In this document: positions 25,563-34,432 of the stretch, piece by piece
Layout: each line of letters begins with the position of its first letter
How positions within the stretch are numbered: position 1 is the stretch's first letter
Assembly (NCBI GenBank): GCA_934663595.1
Contig: CAKUKM010000001.1
Span: 22,187-86,186 of the forward strand
Source: an uncultured Clostridia bacterium
GTDB taxonomy: Bacteria > Bacillota > Clostridia > Christensenellales > Aristaeellaceae
Reading direction: 5' to 3'
Length of the DNA: 64,000 nt
Made by a program: the position numbers and the translations under genes
The notes under the pieces: model-generated
What the model was told of the DNA's origin: nothing
Seen by the model: only the letters and a program-made list of their open reading frames with translations
The model's database searches: none

Positions 25563-26438
25563 ATGAAGAAAAAGCTGCGTAATCAATCGCCGAAGGGGCG
25601 GCATACGGGTGCGCGGGCGCTGCTGATGCTGCTGGCGCTGCTGATGCTGATCCCCATTGCGGTCACGATGCTGTATTCGTTCTTCTCCCCGGAGGAGATC
25701 AAGACCTATATGCAGACGCGCGGCAGCTTCGACGTCGAAAAGTGGATGGACGTCAAGCTCTCGCCGAAGATGTTTTCGCTCAGCCAGTATTATCAGATCC
25801 TGATTACCGATACGTCGATACTCAAGATGTTTGTCAATTCGGCGTTTTACACCGTCGCGATCCTGCTGGGACAGGCGGTGGTGGTGCCGATGATGGCGTA
25901 TGCACTCAGCCGGTTCAACTTCAGGGGCCGCGAGGCGATCTTTTTCATGATCCTGATGCTGATGCTGCTGCCGTTCCAGGTCACGATGGTGCCGAACGTG
26001 CTGACGCTCAGGCAGCTCGGGCTGCTGAATACGGTGTGGGCGGTCATATTGCCGATGTGGTTTTCGCCGTTTTACATCTTCCTGATTCGCCAGTTCATGA
26101 TCGGCCTTCCGAACGAGCTGATCGAGGCGGGCGAGATGGATGGCGCGGGCACGGTGCGGTGCTATATCCACATCGTGCTGCCGGTATGCCGCCCGGTGAT
26201 CGGCGCGGCGGTCGCGCTGTCGTTTGCGGACTGCTGGAATCTGGTCGAGCAGCCGATGACGTATCTGAGCCAGAATACCGAACTGCAGCCGCTGTCTGTC
26301 ATGTTCAATCAGCTGGTGGATCAGAGCACGGGCATCGAGTTTGCCGGCGCGGCGATCTACATACTGCCGGCGCTGTTCGTGTATCTGTATTTCCTGAAGG
26401 ACATCCTGACGGGCATCCAACTGACGGAGCTGAAATAA
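25563..26438 (+). CDS. ABC importer permease, MalG-type
   Basis: ATG 25563 after AGGAGG (the track ORF starts upstream, inside the previous gene). EAA loop ELIEAGEMDGAGTVRCYIHIVLP. Confidence 0.85.
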   Translation: MKKKLRNQSPKGRHTGARALLMLLALLMLIPIAVTMLYSFFSPEEIKTYMQTRGSFDVEKWMDVKLSPKMFSLSQYYQILITDTSILKMFVNSAFYTVAILLGQAVVVPMMAYALSRFNFRGREAIFFMILMLMLLPFQVTMVPNVLTLRQLGLLNTVWAVILPMWFSPFYIFLIRQFMIGLPNELIEAGEMDGAGTVRCYIHIVLPVCRPVIGAAVALSFADCWNLVEQPMTYLSQNTELQPLSVMFNQLVDQSTGIEFAGAAIYILPALFVYLYFLKDILTGIQLTELK

Positions 26439-26453
26439 GAGGTGTGAAGACGA

Positions 26454-27788
26454 ATGAACCTGAAAAAATTTGCGCTGCGCGGGCTGGCGATTCTGGCGGT
26501 GTTCGTGGCGCTGTGCATGTTCTTCTCCGGCACGATTAAAACCATTACCACCGCGAAGATCAAGATCACGCGCGGTCGCTCCGGACGGCTGGAGGAGAAG
26601 ATACAGCTGACCGGCAAGCTCACCTTCCCGGACGTGGTCAAGGTCGGCTATCCGCTCGAGGACGGCCAGACGATTCAGATCACGAAGGTCAATTTCCGCC
26701 CCGGCTACACCGTAAACGAGGGCGACGTGGTCATTCAGGCGCGCGTGGCCAACTACGACGAAACGATGAAGGGCTATCAGTCCGATTACAGCTCGGCGCT
26801 CGAAACGCTGCAGCAGCTCGAGAGCAAGAACGCAAACATTCGCCTGCGCCGCACCGATACGGCATATGCGGACGCGTATTTCGGTCTGCGCGACGCGCGG
26901 CGCGACACCGTTTCCAAGCGCATTGCGATGAATACGCTTCTGAATCGCGAGGGACTGACGCTGCCCGAGACCGGCGCGCCGGAGGGCGCGAGCGACGCGC
27001 TGATTCAGGCGATCAGCGATTATCGCGCCGCAGTGCAGGCCGAGACGGCCGCCGAATCCGCAATGCAGCAGGTCGAGCGCTATGCGCCCGAGGAGAGCGT
27101 CTGGACGTATATCACCGAAAAGCGCGCGGCAGAGGACAAGATCAGCGATCTGGAGGCCAAAATGGAGGCGCTCGGCGTGCTCAACGGCAGCGTCCAGCAG
27201 ATCACCGCGCCGAACGGCGGCTATATCGCCGAGGTGCTGGTGAAGGAGGGCGATAATTACGACGGCGCGAGCGAGCTGTTTACGCTGACGCAGCCGGAGA
27301 CGATGCCCGTGCTTCGCGCGGATCTGACCGGAATTGACAAAACGGTGACGCAGGGCATGACCGTGACCATCAGCGGCGGAAATTTCGGCGATATGGAAAC
27401 GACCGTTGCAAACGTCGGCATCGATCAGGAGGGTAAAAAGTACGCGGACGTGACGCTTACGCAGGATGTGATTTCCTCGCTGGGCTCGGTGTATTCGATG
27501 ACGCTCGAGGACACGCCGATGACGCTGGTCAATCGCGCGCGGCAGAACACGATGCTGCTGACCACCAGCGCCATTCACGGAACCGGCAATAACCGCTATA
27601 TCTATACCGTCGATACCAGCTATTCCAGCTTCGGCAATTCCACCATGACCGTGCGCAAACAGACCGTGACCGTGCTTGCAGAGGCGGACGGCGTCGCTTC
27701 GATTCAGGAGGACATGAGCTGGTACGACATCGCCTACATGGAGGATCGCCCGATCAACGACGGAGACACCGTCATGCTCTACGAGTAA
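26454..27788 (+). CDS. HlyD family adaptor (membrane-fusion protein) with coiled-coil hairpin
   Basis: 444 aa. N-terminal TM, lipoyl-like halves flanking a helical segment of about 150 aa, and a C-terminal barrel. Confidence 0.7.
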   Translation: MNLKKFALRGLAILAVFVALCMFFSGTIKTITTAKIKITRGRSGRLEEKIQLTGKLTFPDVVKVGYPLEDGQTIQITKVNFRPGYTVNEGDVVIQARVANYDETMKGYQSDYSSALETLQQLESKNANIRLRRTDTAYADAYFGLRDARRDTVSKRIAMNTLLNREGLTLPETGAPEGASDALIQAISDYRAAVQAETAAESAMQQVERYAPEESVWTYITEKRAAEDKISDLEAKMEALGVLNGSVQQITAPNGGYIAEVLVKEGDNYDGASELFTLTQPETMPVLRADLTGIDKTVTQGMTVTISGGNFGDMETTVANVGIDQEGKKYADVTLTQDVISSLGSVYSMTLEDTPMTLVNRARQNTMLLTTSAIHGTGNNRYIYTVDTSYSSFGNSTMTVRKQTVTVLAEADGVASIQEDMSWYDIAYMEDRPINDGDTVMLYE

Positions 27789-27807
27789 ACGCACCTGGGA
27801 GGCGCAC

Positions 27808-28947
27808 ATGAAAAAGAGAAGATGGCGCGCAATGCCGGTGGTATTGATCGTGCTGGGACTGCTGCTTGCGATTCCCTCGGGCGTAAAGCTCGCAACCACG
27901 CGGGAAACGCTGGAATACGCGCTTCCCGCACCGGATGGCGATGCGACGGACGCGATCGACGCGATGGTAAAGGCGCGCGACACGCTTTCCGAGCAGCTCG
28001 CCGACTGCGCGGAGACGGTTGCGGCGAGCGCGATTTGCGAAACCAGTTCCGTTTCCGCCGGCGACAAAAGCGCGAGTGCGACGATTTACGGCGCGGGCGA
28101 GGGCTGGTTCGAGGTGTATCCCGCGTTTCTGAAAAGCGGGCGCAGAATCAGCGAAACGGAGCTCAAGGCGGGCGACACGGTCGCGATGCTGGATGAATCG
28201 CTCGCGTTTCAGCTCTTCGGCGAGGATTTGAACGAGGATTCCACCGTCGATATCGGCGGGGCGAGCTATCGCGTGGTCGGAACGTTTCAGCACGGGCGCA
28301 GCGTGGGCGAAACGGGTGAATATGCGGCGATCGTGCCGGTAAACGCCGCGAAGGCGGAGAAATGGACGACTTTGATGATCTCGGCCAAACCGATTCCGGA
28401 GTCCGGCGCGCGCACGATGTTCGATTCCTCCGTGCCGACGGCATGGCGCGAGGGCAGCAGCAGCCTGAGCCTTGAAAAAGAGGCGATGCGGCGGCTGATT
28501 CTGCCGCGGATGCTGCTGTTTGTATTCGGCCTTACCGCAATTCTCGCGCTGCTCAGGCGCATGAACGGAGTTGCCGCGCGGAGAATCGCATGGTATCGCG
28601 ACGCGATCCGGTGGAACTATTTTAAAAAGACGATTCCGCAGCTGCTCGCCGTGATCGGCATTTGCCTGGCGGGCTACGGCGCGATTCTCGCGCTGCTGAG
28701 CGCGCTGATGGCGTTCACGATTCAGCCGCTGTATGTGTTCACCGAATGGGTGCCGGACAATTTCGTGGCGTGGTCGTCGCTGAAAAAGGTGTTCTGGAGC
28801 CTCGCGAGCGAGCATGCGGCGCTGGTTCGCGTGGGCACGCCCGGAATGCGCGCAATCGAGTTCGAGGGCGGCATTCTGCGCTGGGGTGTGATCAGCGCGA
28901 TGACGGGCGCAATCCTGATGCGCGTGAAAAAACCGAAGAAGGCATAA
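27808..28947 (+). CDS. MacB/FtsX-type ABC permease (4 TM plus extracytoplasmic core domain), no adjacent ATPase
   Basis: 379 aa. TM1, then a MacB_PCD-like region (GDTVAMLDESLAFQLFGEDL...IGGASYRVVGTF), then three C-terminal TM segments. Confidence 0.6.
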   Translation: MKKRRWRAMPVVLIVLGLLLAIPSGVKLATTRETLEYALPAPDGDATDAIDAMVKARDTLSEQLADCAETVAASAICETSSVSAGDKSASATIYGAGEGWFEVYPAFLKSGRRISETELKAGDTVAMLDESLAFQLFGEDLNEDSTVDIGGASYRVVGTFQHGRSVGETGEYAAIVPVNAAKAEKWTTLMISAKPIPESGARTMFDSSVPTAWREGSSSLSLEKEAMRRLILPRMLLFVFGLTAILALLRRMNGVAARRIAWYRDAIRWNYFKKTIPQLLAVIGICLAGYGAILALLSALMAFTIQPLYVFTEWVPDNFVAWSSLKKVFWSLASEHAALVRVGTPGMRAIEFEGGILRWGVISAMTGAILMRVKKPKKA

Positions 28948-28951
28948 TCTC

Positions 28952-28986
28952 AATCGGCGTTGAAGCAATTTTGACGCCGATTTTTC
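28952..28986 (+). terminator. intrinsic terminator ending the 19.1-28.9 kb operon
   Basis: AATCGGCGT-loop-ACGCCGATT followed by T-run. Confidence 0.75.
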
Positions 28987-29006
28987 ATTGCGCGATTCGC
29001 CTGCGC

Positions 29007-29036
29007 TTGATTTTTTTACGCGGAATATCTTATAAT
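29007..29036 (+). promoter_or_regulatory. promoter for pfkA
   Basis: TTGATT, 18 nt, TATAAT. Confidence 0.55.
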
Positions 29037-29075
29037 CTGTATATCATTTTTTGAGGAATAAGGAGCATACTCGCT

Positions 29076-30143
29076 ATGAAGAGAATCGGCGTATTGACTT
29101 CCGGCGGAGACGCGCCGGGCATGAACGCGGCCATCCGTTCGGTGGTGCGCACGGCGCTGCATCATGAAATGAGCGTCGTTGGCTTTAAGCGCGGCTATAA
29201 CGGCGTATTGATGCGCAATCAGGTGCAGACGGACGATTTTGAAATTCTGACCGCCCGCAGCGTGTCCGACAAGATTCATCGCGGCGGCACGTTCCTGCGC
29301 ACCGCGCGCTGCATGGACTTCTACAAAGAGGAAACGCGCCGGGAGGCCGTGGAAAATCTGGAAGCGCTCGGCATCGAGGGCCTCGTCTGCATCGGCGGCG
29401 ACGGAACGTATAAGGGCGCGGAATCGCTGAATGCGCTGGGCCTGCCGACGATCGGCGTGCCGGGCACGATCGACAACGATCTGGCCTATACCGATTACAC
29501 GATCGGCTTTGATACGGCGCTGAATACCGCGTGCGAGTGCCTGAATAAGATTCGCGAAACCAGCGATTCCCACGAGCGCGCGAGCATGCTGACGGTCATG
29601 GGCCGGAATTGCGGCGATATCGCCCTGCACACGGCGCTGACCTGCGGCGCGGAAATCTGCATGATTCCGGAAGTAAAATGGGATATCGAGGAAGTGGCCG
29701 AGCGCGTCAAATGGGGCGTTATGCGCGGCAAGCGCAGCATGATTCTGGTCTTTGCCGAGGGCGCGCTGCAGTCGCTGACCACCGATCTGGAAAAGCTCTG
29801 CTCCGAAAGGGAAGAGCTGAAGGACATCGTCGTTCGCGGCAATGTCGTCAGCAGCGCGCAGATTGCGCTGATCATTGAAAAGCTGTCCGGCCATGACACG
29901 CGCTCGACCGTGCTCGGCTATATCCAGCGCGGCGGCAGTCCGTCGGCGCGCGATCGCCTGCTTGCGACCCAGTTCGGCGCGCGCGCGGTGGATCTGCTGG
30001 CGGAGGACAAGTCCGGCGTGGCCGTCGGCATTCGCGGAAACGATCTGATCGAGGTTCCGTTCGCGGATGTTCAGAAGGGCGAGCATGCGGCGGACAAGGG
30101 CCTTCTGGACCTGGTGGACATCATGTCCGTCATGACCCGCTAA
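29076..30143 (+). CDS. pfkA: ATP-dependent 6-phosphofructokinase
   Basis: 355 aa. GVLTSGGDAPGMNAAIR, GGDGT, PGTIDND motifs. Confidence 0.95.
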   Translation: MKRIGVLTSGGDAPGMNAAIRSVVRTALHHEMSVVGFKRGYNGVLMRNQVQTDDFEILTARSVSDKIHRGGTFLRTARCMDFYKEETRREAVENLEALGIEGLVCIGGDGTYKGAESLNALGLPTIGVPGTIDNDLAYTDYTIGFDTALNTACECLNKIRETSDSHERASMLTVMGRNCGDIALHTALTCGAEICMIPEVKWDIEEVAERVKWGVMRGKRSMILVFAEGALQSLTTDLEKLCSEREELKDIVVRGNVVSSAQIALIIEKLSGHDTRSTVLGYIQRGGSPSARDRLLATQFGARAVDLLAEDKSGVAVGIRGNDLIEVPFADVQKGEHAADKGLLDLVDIMSVMTR

Positions 30144-31466
30144 ATGGAACGGGTAAAAATTACCGGCGTAGGCTCCGGAATGCAGGGCGTGGGGCGGCTC
30201 GAAGAGGGCTGCGTCGCGTTCGTGCCCGGAGCGCTGCCCGGCGAAGAAGTGGAAATTGAAATCACCAGGCGCGCCCAGCGTTTCTGCGAGGCGCGCCTTC
30301 TTCGCGTGTGCGCGCCGTCACCTGAGCGGCGAACGCCCGATTGCCCGGCCTACGATTCCTGCGGCGGCTGTCAGGCCCGGCATATGACGTATGAAGAGAC
30401 GCTTCGCCTGAAGCGGCAGCGCGTTTATGATGCGCTTTCCCGCCTCGGCGGCGCGGAAGAGCCCGAGGTGCGCGAAACGATCGGCTGCGAGCGCCCGGAT
30501 CGCACGCGTAATAAGGCCGAATTCCCGATTGGAAAGGGCGCGGACGGCCGCGTCGTGATCGGCGCATATGCGGAGGGCAGCCGCAGAATCGTTCCGCTCA
30601 AGGATTGCCTGCTGCAGCGCGAGCCCGCGGCGCATGCGCTGCAATACTTTTCCGAGCATCTTTCCCAAATGCCGGGCGCGGGGCATTATACGCATCTGGT
30701 TACGCGCGTCAACCGCCGGGGCGAGCTGATGCTCACGCTCTGCGCGAGCGCGCCGGTGATCGATTCGGCGAAAAAGCTGCTTCCGGAGCTGCAAAGGGCG
30801 CTTCCGGAGATGGTTTCCTTTTATTTCCTACGGCAGAATCAGCGCCCGGCGCACGCGCTCGACGGCGCAATTGCGCATCTCTGGGGCGAAAAAACGCTGA
30901 ATGAGACGCTGCTCGGCCTGCAATTTGCCATTTCTCCGCAATCGTTTTTCCAGATCAATCCCGAACAGACGGAAAGGCTGTATTCCTGCGCGCTGGAGGC
31001 GGCAAATCTCGCGCAGAATCCGAATGCGCGTGTGCTGGATGTGTATTGCGGCGCGGGGACGATTTCGCTGGCCGCTGCGAGGCTGTGCAAAAGTGTGACC
31101 GGCGTGGAAATCGTCGCGCCCGCAATTCGCGACGCGAAGGAAAACGCGCGCCGAAACGGGCTGGAATCGCGCGCACGGTTCCTCTGCGCCGACGCGGCAA
31201 AGGAGATTCCGCGCCTGATTTCCGCGGGCGAGCGCTTTGATTGCGCAATCGTGGACCCGCCGCGCAAGGGTGTGGATGAGCCGGCGCTGCGCGCGCTGCT
31301 CGCCGCGAAGCCCGACCGAATCGCCTATGTCTCGTGCAATCCCGCAACGCTCGCGCGGGACGTAAAAATCCTGTCGGAGGGCTACCGGCTGGAATGGGCG
31401 CAGCCGGTCGATATGTTCCCCTGGACGGAGCACGTCGAGACGGTGTGCCTTTTATCCAGAATCTAG
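30144..31466 (+). CDS. rlmD: 23S rRNA (uracil-C5)-methyltransferase, RlmD/RumA family
   Basis: 440 aa. N-terminal TRAM, a Cys cluster (CPAYDSCGGCQ) and a SAM-MTase core (LDVYCGAGT...DPPRKG...YVSCNP). Confidence 0.85.
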   Translation: MERVKITGVGSGMQGVGRLEEGCVAFVPGALPGEEVEIEITRRAQRFCEARLLRVCAPSPERRTPDCPAYDSCGGCQARHMTYEETLRLKRQRVYDALSRLGGAEEPEVRETIGCERPDRTRNKAEFPIGKGADGRVVIGAYAEGSRRIVPLKDCLLQREPAAHALQYFSEHLSQMPGAGHYTHLVTRVNRRGELMLTLCASAPVIDSAKKLLPELQRALPEMVSFYFLRQNQRPAHALDGAIAHLWGEKTLNETLLGLQFAISPQSFFQINPEQTERLYSCALEAANLAQNPNARVLDVYCGAGTISLAAARLCKSVTGVEIVAPAIRDAKENARRNGLESRARFLCADAAKEIPRLISAGERFDCAIVDPPRKGVDEPALRALLAAKPDRIAYVSCNPATLARDVKILSEGYRLEWAQPVDMFPWTEHVETVCLLSRI

Positions 31467-31513
31467 GATTCAGCGCCGGGAATGCGGGGCATTCAGGGCG
31501 GACGGGAGGAAGT

Positions 31514-32236
31514 ATGGGAAGAATTGTGGCCATTGCCGGCGGCGATCTGTCGTCGACCCGGCCGTTGAATCAGCATGCGATTCAATTGAGCGGAAAGAGC
31601 AAACCGAATGTTCTCTTTATTGGAACGGCCAGCCACGACGCCGCGGGATATATTGAATCCATTGCCCGGGAATTTGCATTCCTCGGCTGCAATGTGAAGG
31701 CTCTTTGTCTGGCAAACGGCAACTGCGGCGATTGCGAAATGGAGACGCTTTTGGCGTGGGCAGACGTTATTTATGTCGGCGGCGGAGACACTGTTTTCAT
31801 GATGCAAACGTGGAAGCGCTTCGGCTTGGACGAAAGGCTGAAAAGGATATACGCGCAGGACGCGGCGGTGTTAACCGGCCTCAGCGCGGGCGCAATTTGC
31901 TGGTTCCGCTGCGGGCATAGCGACAGCGGCGCTTTCCAGCGCGCGGAAAACTGGAATTATTGCTGGGCGGAGGGTATGCTGGATATCGTTCCTATAGCGT
32001 ATTGCCCCCACTACAACGAGGAAGGACGCGATACCTTTGACGCAATGCTGCGGCAAAAGGATGTGCCGGGCCTGGCAATGGAAAACGATACGGCATTTGT
32101 GAGCGACAATGGCGAGCAGTATTTTATCAGAAGCGCGCCGACCGCGAACGCGTATTTCATTCAATATAAGGACGGCTTGATGGAAAAGAAGGAAGTAACC
32201 TTCAGGCCGTTGGACGCGCCGCTTGAGAAACGGTGA
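31514..32236 (+). CDS. S51 family peptidase (peptidase E-like)
   Basis: ATG 31514 after GGGAGGA (the track ORF starts upstream). ...VIYVGGGDT...GLSAGAICWF pattern. Confidence 0.7.
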   Translation: MGRIVAIAGGDLSSTRPLNQHAIQLSGKSKPNVLFIGTASHDAAGYIESIAREFAFLGCNVKALCLANGNCGDCEMETLLAWADVIYVGGGDTVFMMQTWKRFGLDERLKRIYAQDAAVLTGLSAGAICWFRCGHSDSGAFQRAENWNYCWAEGMLDIVPIAYCPHYNEEGRDTFDAMLRQKDVPGLAMENDTAFVSDNGEQYFIRSAPTANAYFIQYKDGLMEKKEVTFRPLDAPLEKR

Positions 32237-32523
32237 ATGCCAAAAAGCGAAGGACGGTGCGGCGGATGAACGAGGAACTGCTGGGCAAATGCGGCTTTTA
32301 TTGCGGGGCCTGCCCGACCTGGTTAAAGGGCGGCTGCTGCGGGTGCGAGCGCGAGCACGCGGCGGGGGATTGCTTTACCCGCGATTGCGTAAAGGAAAAG
32401 CAGCTGGATTTCTGCGGGGCGTGCGCGGCCTTTCCCTGCGATGTGATTCTGAAGAAGCCGCGCTCCACCGTGCTCGACAAGGACTGGCTCGCGTGGAAGA
32501 AGAAAAGCGCGCAGAACCGATAG
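32233..32523 (+). CDS. cysteine-rich DUF3795-like protein
   Basis: CGFYCGACPTW..GCCGCE...CFTRDC...FCGACAAFPC. The true start may be ATG 32266. Confidence 0.6.
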   Translation: MNAKKRRTVRRMNEELLGKCGFYCGACPTWLKGGCCGCEREHAAGDCFTRDCVKEKQLDFCGACAAFPCDVILKKPRSTVLDKDWLAWKKKSAQNR

Positions 32524-32524
32524 C

Positions 32525-32565
32525 AAAGCGCCGCCCTGTCCCATTTGGACGAAGCGGCGCTTTTG
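32525..32565. terminator. bidirectional hairpin terminator
   Basis: AAAGCGCCGC-19 nt-GCGGCGCTTT between convergent genes. Confidence 0.6.
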
Positions 32566-32571
32566 CCGCGC

Positions 32572-33264
32572 TTACAGCAGCAGCGCGCGGTTTGTGTCGT
32601 AAACGATCTCGTCGCGGAAGGCGAGCATTTTCAGCAGGCGCTCGAATTCGCCCCAGCCGTCGTGCGCGTCGAGCTCGTAGGAATGGCCCCAGATGTAGAG
32701 CAGCTGCGGCGATTCGGCGTTCATGGACAGAAACTGCTCCGCCAGCTCGAAACGGTTTTCGCTCAGGTGGTGAATCGTCGGGTTGAAGCGAAGGAGATTC
32801 TCCTGCGGATCAAAGCGATTTGTCGAGGTAATCGTGCGCGAATACAGAATGCGCGTGCGCGATTGGAGTATGCCGGCCACGCGATCGTCGTTGTTGATTC
32901 CGCCGCACGGATACGCCATGCCGACCACCGGATAGCCCGCGAGGCGCGAGAGGTTTTTGCGATCCTCCTCGACCTGGCGCACGATCTCGTCCTCGCCGAG
33001 CTGCGTAAGATTCGGGTGCGTCAGCGTGTGAACGGCGATTTCGTGGCCGCGATAGAGCGTGCAGACCTCGTCGGGCAATACGCAGCTGTGGTCGACCGTT
33101 TCGCCGCGCACGGGGAGCGTGCCCTGCTTGCCGAACAGCTCGGAATTGAGGTTGAACGTCGCCTTCATGCCGTAGCGATTCAGCAGGGGAATCAATCGCC
33201 GGTCCTGCGCAACGCCGTCGTCGTAGCTGAAGGTGATTCCCTTCATTTTGCCGTGTAGATTCAT
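32572..33264 (-). CDS. polysaccharide deacetylase (NodB homology) family protein
   Basis: 230 aa. ITFSYDDG...ATFNL...HTLTHP motifs. Confidence 0.8.
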   Translation of the reverse strand: MNLHGKMKGITFSYDDGVAQDRRLIPLLNRYGMKATFNLNSELFGKQGTLPVRGETVDHSCVLPDEVCTLYRGHEIAVHTLTHPNLTQLGEDEIVRQVEEDRKNLSRLAGYPVVGMAYPCGGINNDDRVAGILQSRTRILYSRTITSTNRFDPQENLLRFNPTIHHLSENRFELAEQFLSMNAESPQLLYIWGHSYELDAHDGWGEFERLLKMLAFRDEIVYDTNRALLL

Positions 33265-33276
33265 ACTTTCCCTCCG

Positions 33277-33951
33277 TTATGGTTCGCTGCGGTCGAGAAA
33301 CAGGCGCATCGTTTCCTCCGGCAGCACGCCTTTGAGCACGGCTATCGCGCCGGAATATTCATTGACGCGCGCCAAAACTGCGTGCGATTCGCGCACGGGG
33401 TGGAAGCCCATGCGCAAATACAGCCCGATTGCCTTGTGGCTCCAGGTCTGCGTGTCGAGATAGGTATCCGCGCCGGGATCCAGCTCGGCGATTCGCCGAA
33501 TGGCCCATGCCACGATCGCGCGCCCGATGCCCTTGCCCTGATGCGCCGGATCGGTGCAAATCCAGTGAACGCGCCCGAAACGCCGCCCGTCTTCCTCAAA
33601 GCGCCACGCCATGGAGGTCGCGACCGCGCTGCCGTCCGGCGCGATTACGAAGGACAGGCGCTTTCGGAGCGCGTCCTCGTCCTGCATGAACTGCTTCCTG
33701 AACGCGCTTTCGGCGGTCTGCTCGCAGGAGAATTCGTCGACGATCGTCGCGATGCGCGCCCAGTTCTTTTCGTCTCCGGGAAGATAGGTTCTGAACGCAT
33801 AGCCCTCCGGAAGAATCGGCTCCGGAACGCGCGCCATTTCGTCCGGGTGAATGACCATGACGATGCTCTTGCGCGGAAGCGAGCGATCCGCCGTGAGCAC
33901 CGCGGGCCGACTGTAGATCATACTTAACCCCCTTTTTCGATTGTTTTCCAA
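33277..33951 (-). CDS. GNAT family N-acetyltransferase
   Basis: 224 aa. [11 protein letters not shown]...LYLRMGF motif A/B pattern. Confidence 0.75.
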   Translation of the reverse strand: MENNRKRGLSMIYSRPAVLTADRSLPRKSIVMVIHPDEMARVPEPILPEGYAFRTYLPGDEKNWARIATIVDEFSCEQTAESAFRKQFMQDEDALRKRLSFVIAPDGSAVATSMAWRFEEDGRRFGRVHWICTDPAHQGKGIGRAIVAWAIRRIAELDPGADTYLDTQTWSHKAIGLYLRMGFHPVRESHAVLARVNEYSGAIAVLKGVLPEETMRLFLDRSEP

Positions 33952-34045
33952 AACGCATTATACCATTTCCGGCGCAAATCGCGCAATAGCAAAACGCGGC
34001 AATGCAGGTTTAACCCAAGTTTTTCAACAAAATCTCGCCCAGGGC

Positions 34046-34074
34046 TTGAAATTTGGACGGGATCGTGATAAAAT
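34046..34074 (+). promoter_or_regulatory. promoter for rpsT
   Basis: TTGAAA, 17 nt, TGaTAAAAT extended -10. Confidence 0.6.
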
Positions 34075-34108
34075 ATCTGTTGTTAAATTGCGTAGGGAGG
34101 TGAAGATT

Positions 34109-34369
34109 TTGCCGAATATCAAATCTGCCGTTAAGCGCGTGAAGGTGACTCGCAAGAAGAACCTGCGCAACCGCATGATCAAGTCTGCGATGAAGACCAA
34201 GATCAAGAAGTTTGATACCGCCGTTTCCGCGAAGCAGGCCGACGCCGCGCTTCTCAGCGCGACGCAGGGTGCGGTCGATAAGGCTGCCGCAAAGGGCGTT
34301 ATTCATAAGAACGCTGCGAACCGCAAAAAGGCTCGTATGGCGAAGCGCCTGGCCAAGGCCGCAGAATAA
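34109..34369 (+). CDS. rpsT: 30S ribosomal protein S20
   Basis: TTG start 8 nt after [28 protein letters not shown]...[11 protein letters not shown]. Confidence 0.9.
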   Translation: MPNIKSAVKRVKVTRKKNLRNRMIKSAMKTKIKKFDTAVSAKQADAALLSATQGAVDKAAAKGVIHKNAANRKKARMAKRLAKAAE

Positions 34370-34388
34370 GATCATCGAAATGCAAACG

Positions 34389-34421
34389 AAGGGGACGCGG
34401 ACAGGCGTTCCTTTTGTTTTT
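34389..34421 (+). terminator. intrinsic terminator after rpsT
   Basis: 9-bp stem (34390-98 / 34405-13) followed by TTTTGTTTTT. Confidence 0.65.
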
Positions 34422-34432
34422 GGAGAATTGCG

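Noticed and set aside
25542-28067. 841-aa minus-strand ORF. Similar ones occur at 54375-56321 (648 aa), 59652-61805 (717 aa), 27772-28968 and 52901-54400.
   Set aside because: Same reasoning: they overlap well-supported genes on the other strand, have no RBS or motifs, and have a biased composition.
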